NCBI RefSeq assembly: GCF_009834535.1
Contig: NC_045697.1
Location: forward strand, 51,586,001-51,650,000
Source of the DNA: Camelus ferus
Lineage: Eukaryota
Length of the DNA stretch: 64,000 nt
Reading direction: 5' to 3'
Shown: one piece after another, positions 39,098 to 51,930 of the stretch
Numbering within the stretch: position 1 is the stretch's first letter
Layout of the letters: each line of letters starts with the position of its first letter
Made by a program: the position numbers and the translations under genes
The notes under the pieces: generated by a model
The model's database searches: none
Told to the model about the DNA's origin: nothing
The model's input: only the letters and a program-made list of their open reading frames with translations

Positions 39098-39309
39098 TGT
39101 GGCAGATACAGCCTAGGGTGACCCCCTACTGAATCACACCCTCCTATAATCCCTTCTCCTTGAGTGCAGGTGCAATCTGTGGTCTCCTTCTAACCAATAG
39201 AATATAGCAGAGATGAAAAGATATTTCACATATAATTTAGGTCCTTAATCAGTTGTCTGTGAGTTAATCAAAAGACCTAATCAGATGAGCCTTTAAGAAC
39301 CAGAGCCTA
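39098..39309 (+). mobile_element. MLT1E-like MaLR LTR, 5' part (split by L1)
   Basis: TGTGGCAGA...TTCTAACCAATAGAATATAGCAGAG...GGTCCTTAATCAGTTG...GAGTTAATCAAAA. Confidence 0.75.
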
Positions 39310-40179
39310 AAAAGAATAAAGAAAAAAGAGAAAGTCTTTATTATCTTGCTGCCTTTTCCCACCTTTTATGATTTTGATGTCCTTTTTTTTGAACATCTTC
39401 ATGTTTATTCTCTTACAACTCATTAATTGCACTTCCAATTATGATTTTCTCTTTTCTAGTAGCTCCCTGCTTCCTTTCTATTTAGAGTAGACCTGTCAGT
39501 ACTTCTTTTAGGATATGTTTAGTATTGCTGGGATCTTTTAGTTTTTGCCTGTCTCTGAAATTCTTTCCTTCTACTCTAAAGAACAGTCTTATCAGATAAA
39601 GAAAGTATCCTAGGTTGCAGGTTTTTGTCATTCAGGACTGAATATATCTTGCCACTCCCTTCTGGCCAGAAGTGTTTATGTAGAGAAATCAGCTGAAAGT
39701 CTTAAGGGGTTTCCCTTGTAACTAACTCTTTGTTTTTCTCTTGCTGCCTTTCGAATAATTTCTTTACCTTTAACTTTGGCCATCTTAATTATAATATATC
39801 TTGGTGTAGGTCTATTTGGATTCTTCTTGTTTGGGACCCTCTGTTCTTCTGTACTTGGATATCTGTTTCCTTCTTTAGGTTTGAGAAGTTTTTGGTCATG
39901 ATTTCTTCAGATCCCTTTTCAATCCCCTTTTCTCTTTCTTCTCCTTCTGGGACCCCTATTATGTGTAGATTGACATGCTTTATATTATCCTGTAAGTCCC
40001 TTATATGGCTTTCATTGGTTTTTACTTGCTTTTCTGTCTGCTGTTCTGATTGGGTGATTTCTGTTATCCTATCTTCTAAGTCACTTATTTGTTCCTCTGC
40101 ATTATCTAGTCTGCTTTTCACTGCCTTTAATTTGGCTCTTATCTCAGCCATTGAGTTTTCTGTTTTTAATTGGCTCCTC
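39310..40179 (-). mobile_element. Inverted segment of an L1 insertion: ORF1 (3' two-thirds) and inter-ORF spacer
   Basis: Minus ORF 39789-40151 SRLDNAEEQISDLEDRITEITQSEQ...NLHIIGVPEGEEREKGIE is L1 ORF1p. It continues through the ORF1 stop into the spacer. Confidence 0.9.
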
Positions 40180-40975
40180 TAATTCTGGAGAGAGTGTGGA
40201 GAAAAGGGAACCCTATATACTGTTGGTTGGAATGCAGTTTGGTGCAGCCATTATGGAAAACAGTATGGAGATTCCTCAAAAAACTAAAAATAGACTTACC
40301 ATATGATCCAGCAATCCCTCTCCTGGGCATATATCTGGAGGGAACTCAAATTCAAAAAGATACATGCACCTCAATGTTCATAGTAGAACTATTTACAATA
40401 GCCAAAACATGAAAGCAACCTTAAATGTCCATGGACAGATGACTTGATAAAGAAGTTGTGGTATATTTATACAATGGAATACTACTCAACCATAAAAAAT
40501 AAAATAATGCCATTTGTAGTAACATGGATGGACATGGAGATTGTCATTCTAAGTGAAGTAAGCCAGAAAAAGAAAGAAAAATACCATATGATATCCCTTA
40601 TATGTGGAATGTGGGAAAAGAAAAAGACCAATGAATTATTTACAAAGCAGAAACAATCTCACAGGCATAGAAAACAAACTTATGGTTACCAGAGGAGGGG
40701 AAGGGGTTGGGAAGGAATAAATTGGGAGTTTGAGATTTGAAGATATTAACTATTATATATAAAATAGAAAAACAAAAGTTTACACTGTACAGCACAAGGA
40801 ACTATATTCAATATCTTGTAGTAACCTATAATGAAAAAGAATATGAAAGGAATATATGTATGTATATGTATGATTAAATGATTTTGCTGTACACCAGAAA
40901 TTGATACAACATTGTAAACTGACTATTCTTCAATAAAAATTATAAAAGCTAAAAAAATGAGGGGAAAAAAACCCA
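40180..40975 (+). mobile_element. Sense segment of the same L1 insertion: ORF2 C-terminus, 3'UTR and A-tail
   Basis: ORFs [32 protein letters not shown] and [31 protein letters not shown] (39295-39309) / AAAAAACAGAGCCTA (40976-40990) encloses both segments. Confidence 0.92.
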
Positions 40976-40990
40976 AAAAAACAGAGCCTA

Positions 40991-41320
40991 GGCCTTTCCT
41001 GAAGGCAGAAACCCCAGGCAGCAGAGACTCTCTCTTTCTCTGTTTCTGGCTTTCAAGAAGCAAAGTGCAATGCTTTCTTCAGCCTCAAGGAAATCAGTCC
41101 TGCCAACAACCTGGTGGAGCTTGGATGCTACTCCATTCTTAGAGCCTGCAGATGAGAATGCAGCCTGACTGGTATCTTAATTTCAGCTTTGTGAAACCCT
41201 AAGCAGAGTACCCAGCTTAAGGTATGACCAGACTTTGGAGCTACAGAAGCAGTGAGCTAATAAATGAGTATCAGCTTAAGTTTGTGGAAATTTTTTATGC
41301 AACTAGAGAAAATTACTACA
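40991..41320 (+). mobile_element. MLT1E-like MaLR LTR, 3' part
   Basis: CAGCCTCAAGGAAATCAGTCCTGCCAACAACCTG...AGAGCCTGCAGATGAGAATGCAGCCTG...AATAAATGAG...TTATGCAACTAGAGAAAATTACTACA. Confidence 0.8.
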
Positions 41321-41321
41321 G

Positions 41322-41445
41322 TTCTTTTTTTTTCTTTCAAGGGAGAGTAATTAGGTTTTTATTTACTTTAATGGAGGTACTGGGAATTGAACCCAGGACC
41401 TCCTGCATGCTAAGTGCGTGCTCTATCACTTAGCTAGACCCTCCC
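41322..41445 (-). mobile_element. vic-1-type SINE
   Basis: TGGAGGTACTGGGAATTGAACCCAGGACC...CTATCACTTAGCTAGACCCTCCC. Degenerate TSD ACT(A)GAGAAAA..A(C)TACAG. Confidence 0.88.
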
Positions 41446-41716
41446 TACTGAGAAAAAAATACAGACCTTGAATAGAACCTTCTCAAAGGGGAAAAATGAG
41501 CAGAGGCTCACAGTTCAGGATTATCTGACCTTAGATTGGGGAACTTCAGACATTTTGTCTTAAAAGGGTAGCCATGTTCAGCGTGATGAAGGCCAGGGGG
41601 ATGATGTCATGAAAAGAAGAGATTTGTCCTTTTTGTGTGTGTGAGCACATCCACAGTGAAAAGGGTGGTGCCGTGGCTCTGGTCAGTAGTAAAGCCCATC
41701 GAAACAATTCCCTGGA

Positions 41717-42082
41717 GTCTGTTTCTGTTTTGTTATATTTGTTCACTTGTTTTGTCTTTTTAGACTCCACACGTATGTGAAAATATAAAGTATTTGTCTT
41801 TTTCTGTCTGAATTATTTCACTTAGTGTAACACGGATACAAAGAACAAACCAGTGGTTACCAGAGGGAACAGGGTCGTGGGGAGGGGTGAAACAGGTGAA
41901 AGGGATTAAGAGGTACAAACGACCAGCTGTAAAATGTAAGTAATAGGGATATAATGTATAGCATAGGGAATATAGTCAATATCTTATGATAACTTTGAAT
42001 GGTGTGTAATCTATAAAAATATTGAATCACTATGTTGTACACCTGAAACCAATGTAGTATTATCAGTCAATTCTACTTGAAA
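41717..42082. mobile_element. Short 5'-inverted (twin-primed) L1 3' end
   Basis: Antisense L1 41717-41831, then sense L1 3'UTR 41832-42082 with an A-tail. TSD AAACAATTCCCTGGA / AAAAAATTCCCTAGA. Confidence 0.85.
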
Positions 42083-44139
42083 AAAAAATTCCCTAGACAG
42101 ATGTAAGTTTGCAACATGAGCAGAAGTTTCCTCATTCTACTTTAGAAATCTTAGGGAGAGGTGAATACTAGATCACCAGCCATTCTGGTATTTTGAATGG
42201 ACAGTTTCAGGCAGCCAGGCTCATTCTTCTGCGGGTGGGCATAAAGGTGCAATTGAATGCATGGTTCGCATGTGCCCTGGCAGGTGGAAACAGATGTATA
42301 TATAGCAGGCCTTGACTAATGGATGCCTCCTCTAGGTATAAGTCTAGGAGGGCAGGTGTTTATGAGATGGCTTGGGCAAATGGATCAGCTGCTAATAAAT
42401 GAGATTCAAATAGGAAAAGGGCTGAGGAGGACTGCTCAATTTCTAAAAGAGGGTGAGTTTTCCTGTGGGGAATAAAAGTGAACTAGAATTTGAATCAAGC
42501 AAAGAGCCCAGCCTGGGTCAATGTCTGAGTTTTTCTGTTTTACTAGGTTTTGGACCTCTGCCTTGTAATGAAACAAACATGACCTTTCAGTAAAAGATTT
42601 GCTTTTCCCACAAAGGCTCTGTGCTGAGATTGTCCAGCTCCTGTCTTCTCTAAGAGACAGTGATAAATAAGGGTTGTGACCTGGACAGCATATACAGCTC
42701 CAACACCTTTCATTTAAGTGTTCAGCTGAATTAGAGATCTTGTTATTAATCCTCCCTTGAAATACAGAGTTTTCAAGAGTGCAACAGGAAGGCACCCACA
42801 ACAGCTGTGAAGGCATTATTTATGCCTATAGGGCAGAGTTCTCCTTCCAGAGGTGAGATTTTTCCATTTACAGGATAGACAAGGGATAAACAGCTACTTT
42901 TATTACCAGAGCTCTGGTATAGTTTGAGAAAATATGCCCTATCAGATGTGATGAATAACCTTGCATGGCCGTGGGGTGGATGCCATTCATACTGCAGTCC
43001 AAGGAATAGCTCCCTGGATCTACCCTGTGCACAGCCTGCATGAGTGTACGCAGGAACACAGGTGCTATTAAAGCCAGGAGCCGACTTGATCAGTTGCTCA
43101 GAAGCAAAGGTGAATATATGGTTCAATCTGTGATCTGAGCAATGCAACATGTTTTGTCTGTCAAGGTCGAGGTCCTAGGATTCACCTAGAGATATTGTCA
43201 GAGAATGGGATGAATCAGACAGAGTCTTGCCTGAGAGAGACAACTGAGAATTACTGAGGGACAGCAGCCAAACTTACATAAGAGGGATGTAGAAAGCAGT
43301 TGCTAAGGCAATCTGTGTAATTGCATCAGATGTTGTCTGATTAGTATGATTGTAACAGAGTAGATAGAAGCCAATATTGGGCAGATAACCACTTCATTCA
43401 ATGACTTGCTCATACTACAGTTAAATCTAAATAATATACATATTTGAATTTGTTTGCATTTGTCTGTCATCGGTCACATATAAAACATGGGACCACTGAT
43501 GTTTTTATTGCTGAGAAACACTGAAGCCTTGGAAAAGTGATGGATTTTTTATTTTCAATCACAGAATTCTAGACTGTGCTGTTTCTGTAACAGCAAAGAA
43601 TGAGAAACCTCACTTGAAGTTTCTCAGGAAACAACCAAGTGTCCATATCCCAACATAAACATGTTAGGTGTTCTCAAATTATTTCTTTTCTTTAATGGGG
43701 TTAAATTCACAAAAGCCCTGAAGAGGCTATTTTTTCCTAGAAATGTTGTCTATAAGTTAGAGTTTAGTTTAGCAGATAGGTAGCAATACCTTGGTCATGG
43801 CGTCATGACTCAAACAACCTACAGAAAGTTTTGGCTGTCCGAAAAGAACACCAGCATGGTTTTCTTTTTCATCCTGCTTCTTTGAAAAATGAAATGGGGG
43901 GCATTGTTTGTACAATATCAATAATTACATTTACTTGTTAAGATGACACAAATAGAACAGGATTAAAAGAAATATTAGCATTGGAGGATAATTTATATCT
44001 GTGCATTTTCTCCCTGTTCTTAAAATATGAAAATATTTACACATACATTCTCCCCCTCAATAAAAACAAAGCAAACTCCCGAAAGTCCACTATGCAGTTT
44101 CAGAAACAGAACCTGCCATTTAAAAAAAAATGAGGTTGG

Positions 44140-45000
44140 TCTATGTGAAATGCCTCTCTGGCATATATGGACATGATCATATAAATTTTTTTACATCTAT
44201 TAGTAGGATGAATTTTACTAATGGATTTCCTAATATTGAAATACCCACTTGATGTCCTGTTGGATCCTGTTTACTACTGTTTCTTTAAGATTTCACATTT
44301 ATATTCAGAAATGAGATTTGTCTGGAGTCGTGTGTATGTGTGTGTGTGTCTGTTGTATCAACGTTGAACTCACAAACAATTGGGATGCTGTGCTTCTTTA
44401 TCAATGCCTTGACATAGATAAAATAATTAAGATTATTTTGTCTTTATGGTTTTGTAGAATTCCCCTCTCATACCATTTGTTCTAGTTATTTTCATGGTGT
44501 GAGGAGGCTCTTTGACAACTTTATTTCTTCTATGAAAATTGGACTGTTTAAACCTTCTACCTCTATTGAAGCTTATTTTATAAATTATATCTTCCTAAAA
44601 GCTATAAATTTCATCTAGTTTTTTAAAATTCTTGTTCATATTGTTATGCAATAGAATCTCAGTTGTGTTTTGGATATTGAACCATTTCATTTCTTACTTT
44701 GCATATTTGACATTCTGTCACCCTTTCTCAGCTAATAATTTGTCTCTCGTTGCATTTTTCAAGAATCAACTTTTTGTTCTCTGTTTTCTAACTCAGTTGA
44801 TGTTTACCTTTAGTAAATTTCTTGCAATTGTTTTATTTTGCTTTACTTTGTTGGTCTAGTTCTATTCTTTTTGAATTGCATGTTTTATTGGTTTGTTTTA
44901 TTTTGTTGCTATATGTATTAAATGCTATAAATTTTCTTTAGACGATTGCTTTAGCTATGTCCCATAGACCCTGGATCTACATCTGTACAAGTTCAAACCC
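44140..45000 (-). mobile_element. Ancient L1M ORF2-region fragments
   Basis: T-rich antisense L1 motifs (GATTTCCTAATATTGAA, GTAGAATTCCCCTCTCATACCATTTGTTCTAG, TTGCTTTAGCTATGTCCCATAGA). Confidence 0.55.
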
Positions 45001-45019
45001 TACCCTCAGTACCAAAATA

Positions 45020-45349
45020 TGCATTAGTCTTCTATTGCTACCTAACAAGTTAACACCAATTAGTGGTTAAAATAACATACATTTGTTATCTCACAGTTTC
45101 TGTGGTCAGAAGTCCAGGCATAACTGGGCTGGGTTGTCTGTTTAGGGTCTTTCAAGCCTACAGTCAAGGTGCCAACTGGGCTGCATGCTTTTCTAGAGAC
45201 AGAATCTTGTGTAATGAAATCAAATCAAGAGAGTGACGACCCCATCACCTTTGTCATATTCTATTGGCTAGAAGCAAGTCACAGATTCAGCCTAAACACA
45301 AGGGGAGGAAATTATACAAAGGTCACATTTTAGGATGTATCAGTCATAC
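45020..45349 (-). mobile_element. MaLR solo LTR (MLT1E/F-like, internally deleted)
   Basis: TGCATTAGTCTTCTATTGCTACCTAACAAG...ATCTCACAGTTTCTGTGGTCAGAAGTCCAGGCA...CATATTCTATTGGCTAGAAGCAAGTCACAG. Confidence 0.75.
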
Positions 45350-48300
45350 CTTGGTAGGTGTTTTGACTTTTTCTCTAGCTTATCTTAAGAACCTTTTTTT
45401 TTGTCCTTGGTGTTCTGCAGTTTTGCTATGATGGTTAGATATGAATCTGGTTTAATTTCTTATGTGTAGCTATCCTTATGTTTCTTATAAATGGATTTAT
45501 ATTTTTCGATAATTCTGGAAATTCTCAGGCATGTTTTTCAAAAATTGCCAGAGGGTTGCTTTCAATCTGAGACCAGATAAATTTCTCATCTTGGATTTTC
45601 CATGAACACATGAGTAAAGTGAATTTGAATCTTAGACTTGTGTGAGAGAGTGAAGTTTTGTAATTTTTAATTCTCAGAGAAGACTATATTATTACTGCTA
45701 TTTTTTGCATCCAGAGTCCCAGAGACAAATAGATTTCCTCTTAGTTTCCTGACGTGTTATGCCAATTTTTCTCAGTCAACATTTTCACAGAATGAATAGC
45801 CTGTTTAGTTGTGTTATATTTCTGCAGGGGTTTCAATTCAGTTATTTTGGGTAGATCCCTGCTTCTGTTTACTGTTGCTCCATGTGCAGCCAATGGCTCT
45901 CAGTAGTATACATTTCTGGCATTATAATTTATCCCAGGCTAGCCTCGTTTTCCATTTTTGTTTGCTATCCTGGTTTCAGCTTATGATTCATTTGTTTGTG
46001 GTTTTTTTTTTTTTTTTTTTTTTGGTTGTTTGCTTGGTTTGTTTTTGTTTGATCTTTGGTAATTTTGTTTTTCTTTTACTTTCCCGTGATTCAGAAATTC
46101 ATTTACTGTTATTTTGTCATTATTTACCTGGTATCTTCACATTTTACAATGGAGGGGGGATATTTTAAGACATAACTCATATTGTTGACATGGCAGTAGA
46201 ACACTTTTTATCCATCATCATCTTGGATTTCTAACCTTTTCCCTCAGCCGGCCCATGTTTTTCATGTTCCAGTAAGTTTATCATATGACAAAGCCCTTTC
46301 ATTTGTTCATTTCTTCAAAGAGGGTGAACATCTTTTAGCATATTTTCATGATGAATCCTTTAGTATGGAAGCAGGAATAGATGAAAAATTGATTTGCTAC
46401 AATCAGTAGTTATTACTAGAAACAACCTAAAATGTTTTCTTATAACTTTTAATAAAGATATAAATTAATTTTGTCACAACTTTTCTTCTTGTGCTTATAA
46501 CAATCACATCTCTACTGTGTACATCTCAAAATTAGAATAACTATTTTCACCAACTGCCAGGAAAATTTTGTTACATCTAAAATTATGATGGGAATCGGTC
46601 TGTAGAAAACATTTTATCTTTCATCTTTTTTCATCTTTTATACTGAAGAACTGCTTCTGCCTTCACAATATATAAAATCCTAGAAGATATCCAAACTCTA
46701 GTGTACATTATATTTTGATGTGCTTGATAAAATTGTTTGTTCTCTACATGTCTAGTCTACTTCCGTAAGGTGGATAAGACTATGATGTTTGCATTTTTAG
46801 CAAGCGCTCTAGGTTCCTCTAATACACAAGGACTAGGGTTCATAATCTAAGCAACCCTGTGGTACACTGATTTAACAAATCATTCTGAAAGCCCTTCCTT
46901 CTCTTTTATGTGTGTCTGTCACAGTGCTTTCAACTTTAGGAGGTATCAGAAGACAGGCAACATATTGAATTGAGTTGGATTTTAAGTTATAATTTACCTA
47001 CACGTTGATTGCTTCCAGACCTAGATGAATTTGTTTCATGTTTCTGGGTTTTTGGAATTTTTCTGACTTGAATATTTTCATTTTACTATGTTCTTAAAAT
47101 TGAAGTTATAAATCATAATTTTGACACTTGATAACCTTCTTGGAGATATTTAAATATCTCCTTGGGCTGCACAACCCTACATTTAATTTTTCCAACTCAC
47201 TATCAGTACTTCTTTTCCTTTTCCTTTTCCCTGTTTGCAGTTATACTGCTGAGACTACAGGCGTCCAGCACTTCCCACGCTGCTTCCTCTAGTCATGCTA
47301 CTTAGATCTCTTTTGTTGTGATTTTCTTTAATTACCCAATGATTTGTTTTATCCATTTATTCCAATAATATCTCACTTATAATAACATAATGTATATGTC
47401 CAAATTTTACATAAAATGTAATTAATAAGTATAGTTTATAAGATTTAATTACATACTTGCTGTTTTGCAATCAGATTTATTTGCCCTTTGCTTAATACAA
47501 TTTCATCACTTTAATAGTATACTCTTCTGTTCATTTTCTTGAATCCATATCCATAATTTATCTAATGTTAAACTAAAAGGATCATAATTTGATTTTCAGA
47601 AAAAAAACTTTTTTTTTCTATAAAGTGAGTCATTTATTGTCAGAGCAGTATAGAATATACATTGAAAAAGTGTCTCAAAGTCAGTTATATTTGGCCACTG
47701 TCAGGACAATAGTAAAATATCTTACACAATTATGAAGTTTGTTCTCTAAAAGGGAATAGATTGATAGCCCACGGGGCCATTCATACCTCTGGACTTTATT
47801 GTTCAAAATTAAGCTTAGGGTGATGATTTGCTAGAGAAGCTCAGCAGACACTGAGAAAATTAGAGTGGCCTGAGATATTAAATCTTGTGGCTTAAGATGT
47901 CATCCCACTGTAGAAGGGATGAGACTCACACAAAAAACCACACATGAACAAGATGAACCAAGGGCTGTTTTCTTTGTTAAAGACTTCTAAGCAAATTTAC
48001 CTCATAGTGAAAAGGAAAAATACAGCTACCCAGGGGCTTTCTTGAGCCTGTCTTCTGCTCTCCAGTGGCCACAACCAGGTATCTTGGAGATTTCGCTACA
48101 GTGCTTAGGCATTTGGGGCAGGAGCTCACCCTCTGAGAAACATGGCAATATGTGCTGGGAAGCACAAGAGATTAGGGGACAATAGCCTCAGACTAGGCTT
48201 GACACAACTGCAGACACAGAGTTTAATTGGAAAGGAAAAAAAAAAGGATGATTCTGTGGACTTTATGCCTTGCATTTTTTATTTATTCAGAATTTCAGTA

Positions 48301-49529
48301 TATTTAATATACCCACAGGTCAGTGGGCTGTTGTATCAGAATTGATCATTCTCATAGCTTATATGGATTTTTCATGAAATTATACATGGAATATTTAGTT
48401 TTTTCCTTGACTCTAGGAAATTAAATGTAGAGTATCAGCTAGAGGGATTATTTAAAATACATACATATATACGTAATACAGGAATGACAAATTCCAAACC
48501 ACCACTGAATGTTTTTCTGTATTTCTGAGCACAGTAAAATGTTTAGTATTAGAAAATGTATTTGACAGATATCTCCGATCTTCAGCCGTCCTGTGTTTGT
48601 TGCACTGCTCTCCAACAGGGATCTTGAAAGTCATGATTAATCATACAGTAGCGAATGTAGTGTGGAAGCTTTTTGTGGAGGAGATGCTCTGCACATCTTA
48701 AGTCTTCAGGATTTCTCTGCGGTTCTATTTTGAATTTGTTTGATGAAACTCATTGGTCCTGTTTCCTGGATCTCTCGCTAAAGAACATTTACCAGAGAAT
48801 CTCTCTGGATATGTCAAAACCAGTTTACTGCAATTGAAAACTGTATTTTTCAAGAGAGAAAAAAAGTGTATGTTCTTTAAGAATATTACTATGAGTGAGA
48901 GCTCAAATTTGAATATTAAATCTTTGTTTGAATTGAATAGTTTATTCATATTTTATACTTTTGATTCATTAAAGTATAATACTTGTTTACTTATACCTCA
49001 AATCCTATGTTGAAATTCAGAAAGCATTTTAATGATGATGTTTTTTCACACTATATATTTCCTTCTCAGAAAAAAAAGACACCATAGAAAGCAAGTGCCT
49101 GCATTATTAGCAGCAGCAGCAGCAGAGAAAGAAGAATAAGAATTTAGATTTGTTTCCAAAACTGTAAAGCTTTTAAGTGTAATAGAATACCAGAAAGGAG
49201 ATTGGTAGAACCTTGATTCTGCTCCACGTTGTGCCCCTTCTGCTCTGCCTAATATTTTTAGAGTCTCTGCTTGTCCTCCTTAAAGCTTTCCTGACAGAGC
49301 AGAAGTGAGGACAACAGGTCACAATTTGGAGTTTGCCTTCCAAGTACTGTATTTGTGTCCCTCCTATACTAAGCTATATGTCATCAAATTTATCAGAATA
49401 ATCAGGCAACCTTGCAAACAAGGAGTTTATAATGTCTCAGACTCTGATCCAGAATGGTGTATATATATAGATATGGAGAATTGAACATGGTTGTTCAGTA
49501 AAGTATCGGTTTTGTTGATAATGGATTGA

Positions 49530-49680
49530 CAGTAATAATAACAATAAAATAGCTGTAAGAACAGCTGATACTTGTTCAGTGCTTCCTGTGACATGCCATG
49601 CATTTTCCATGGATTAGCTTACTCATCCACACAGTAGCCCAATAAATTAGATGTTATGATTATCCATATTTAAGGCAGGC
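49530..49680 (-). mobile_element. MIR SINE fragment
   Basis: CAGCTGATACTTGTTCAGTGCTT...ACTCATCCACACAGTAGCCC...ATTATCCATATTT. Confidence 0.55.
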
Positions 49681-51709
49681 TTAACTATTAAATTTATCTA
49701 TTCTACTATAAAACAGCTTATTAACAGATAATAATTTTAATGATGATCCAGGGTTTGAGTAGTCATTCCAAGTATAAAAGCATAAGCAGACTAAATAACA
49801 TTTAGGGTGCTACTGAAAAATAGAACTCTGATGTCTTTTTTTTTAAATATCCCTTATTCTCAGACAAAAGTCTGTTTAAGAGCCTTTGAAACCTATTGAA
49901 AACAATAGGTTTACATCACAATAGATTTAGAAGAAATAGATAAATTCATATTTATCACAGATTTTAAAAAAGTCAAACAGTTCAAATTCTTTCTCTCTCT
50001 TACTCTCTGTTCTTTTCTTTGTCTCTGTGTCTCTTAGTCTCTTGTTTCTTTGTATCTCTCACTATCAGTTTTCCCTCCTCTCTCAAACTCTCTCCAATCT
50101 CTCTGTACACATTCCTGAGTACATTACTTAATGTGCCTAAGCCTCAATTTCCACATCTACAAGAGCAAGGATGATAATATACTTCATAGTGTCTATTAGA
50201 AACTGAATTTTTTTTTTTCACTTTAGGAAAACGTTTAATGGTTCAACTGCCAGGACAGCGTGAACAGCTGTGATCACAATGTATAGGAGTAAATAAAGTA
50301 ATTACTGTGTCTTTGCCTTGACTTTAAATGCTTTTTGGGGATCATGTCCTTGGTGAAGTGTCTTTCTTTAATCTAAAATTCATGTTTGTTCCCTCATTTC
50401 AAGAATATCTCAACTGTCAATGTTAGATTGAGGTCTTATTTGCCAGAAAGTTGAGAAATTTAGGAGGGAAGGTGGGGTTTTCATGTTGTTTTTCTCTTTC
50501 TCTGTGTTGATGGTTTGGTATTTTTGCCTTTTTAAAATCTGTGTGTTTAATAAAGCTACTTTGACTTTCTCTAAAGCCATTAGGTTTTGAAATACTTTAC
50601 TCTCAAATGAGGTGCTTTTTCTATCCCCTAGGCTATTATTTGAGTAAAGTTAGTATTCAAATAATATGTATGAACTTAGAACGATGGGCATGAGGTTTCA
50701 AGAGGGTATCACCTTCTTTTTCCCTTGTCAGAAAATTTAGGAATTGAATTTGATAATACAAGTGAAATATTACCCAGAATGCTTCTTACATAATAGATTA
50801 TTTTCCATTTCCTTCACTCAGTCTCCTGATGATAAAGCATTTAGAAATCCTATGCTCTTTGGATGTTCATCTTTTAAAAAGTCAAGTGGGTCTCAAATGG
50901 CAGTTTTTGTATAATATACTCATTACCGGGAAACAGAAGCAATTTCATAATAGATGCTGTAGGTTATAAAAGAACTGTGAAATATTTAATAATATTTCAG
51001 AATACTAAGTGATAATACATATAAACAACTTGGCAGTGAGATGATGTTATATTAAATTATACTGACGTAGTAAAGTGCTGAATTATACGCGGCCGATAAG
51101 AGAGCAAGATAGTATACAAGGTGCTAATTATTCTGCAGGAATTAAGAAGAAGTTTAAGGAAATAAAGACCACTGAGGCCTTGGAGGCATTAGAGAAAGCC
51201 TTGAGCAGGTCCTGGAAGGATAGGTGCTCTATGAATATATAGGAAAGAGAAGGAGGGAATTCTAGACATGGAAGCACTTGAATTGAGGTACAAAACTAGG
51301 AATAGCTGTGTGTATTTGTGTGCATATGTGACGTACATGCACGAGGGCTGGGGCTGTCAGCCTGTCTTGATCACAAAGCTGTCATCAGTTAGCAGTGAGA
51401 AACCGGGTTGGATGGGTTTCCTGAGGCAGGATTATGCATTCCTGAACTGCAAGCCCAAGAGCAGTGTTTCATCACTGACTTGGCATGAAGGCTCTCAACA
51501 ATTTCAGTTAATAATGTTGATTGGCCATAAGTCTCCTATTTGTGAGGGTGAATAAGGGGCCATTTTTTCCCCACTTATTTGTTTCCCCCCAAAATTTCAA
51601 AGTGTTTTATTAGCATTGATTGTTTTTTTCTACTAAAGGTAAAGTATATTTGTGCATTCATTCACCTACTCAGGCACCAAGTCGGAGATAATAGGAAGAA
51701 ACTGAATTA

Positions 51710-51930
51710 AGATCAAAATAGTTATTGAGTACCTATTATGTGTCACACGCTAGGCTAAATACTGAGGAGACAGCAGTGAATGAGAAATGCTATCCATGTC
51801 CCACAGAGGTTATAGTCTAACAGAAAACACAGGCATGAATTCAAAAAAAAAAGTGCAAGGACTTTGAGAGAACAGACATCTAGAGTGCTATAACCTAGTC
51901 TGGAGAAGAAGTGAAGACTCACGGAGGAGT
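51710..51930 (-). mobile_element. L2 3' region
   Basis: TTATTGAGTACCTATTATGTGTCACACGCTAGGCTAAATACTGAGGAGACAGCAGTGAA. Confidence 0.7.

Noticed and set aside
40932..40975. Interrupted A-tail (GCT, TGAGGGG, CCC) as a second 3' transduction
   Set aside because: Too short and too A-rich to distinguish from poly(A) decay.
48452..48830. Minus-strand terminal-exon-like segment after TTTTCAATTGCAG
   Set aside because: Short, unrecognisable frames and no linked upstream exons.
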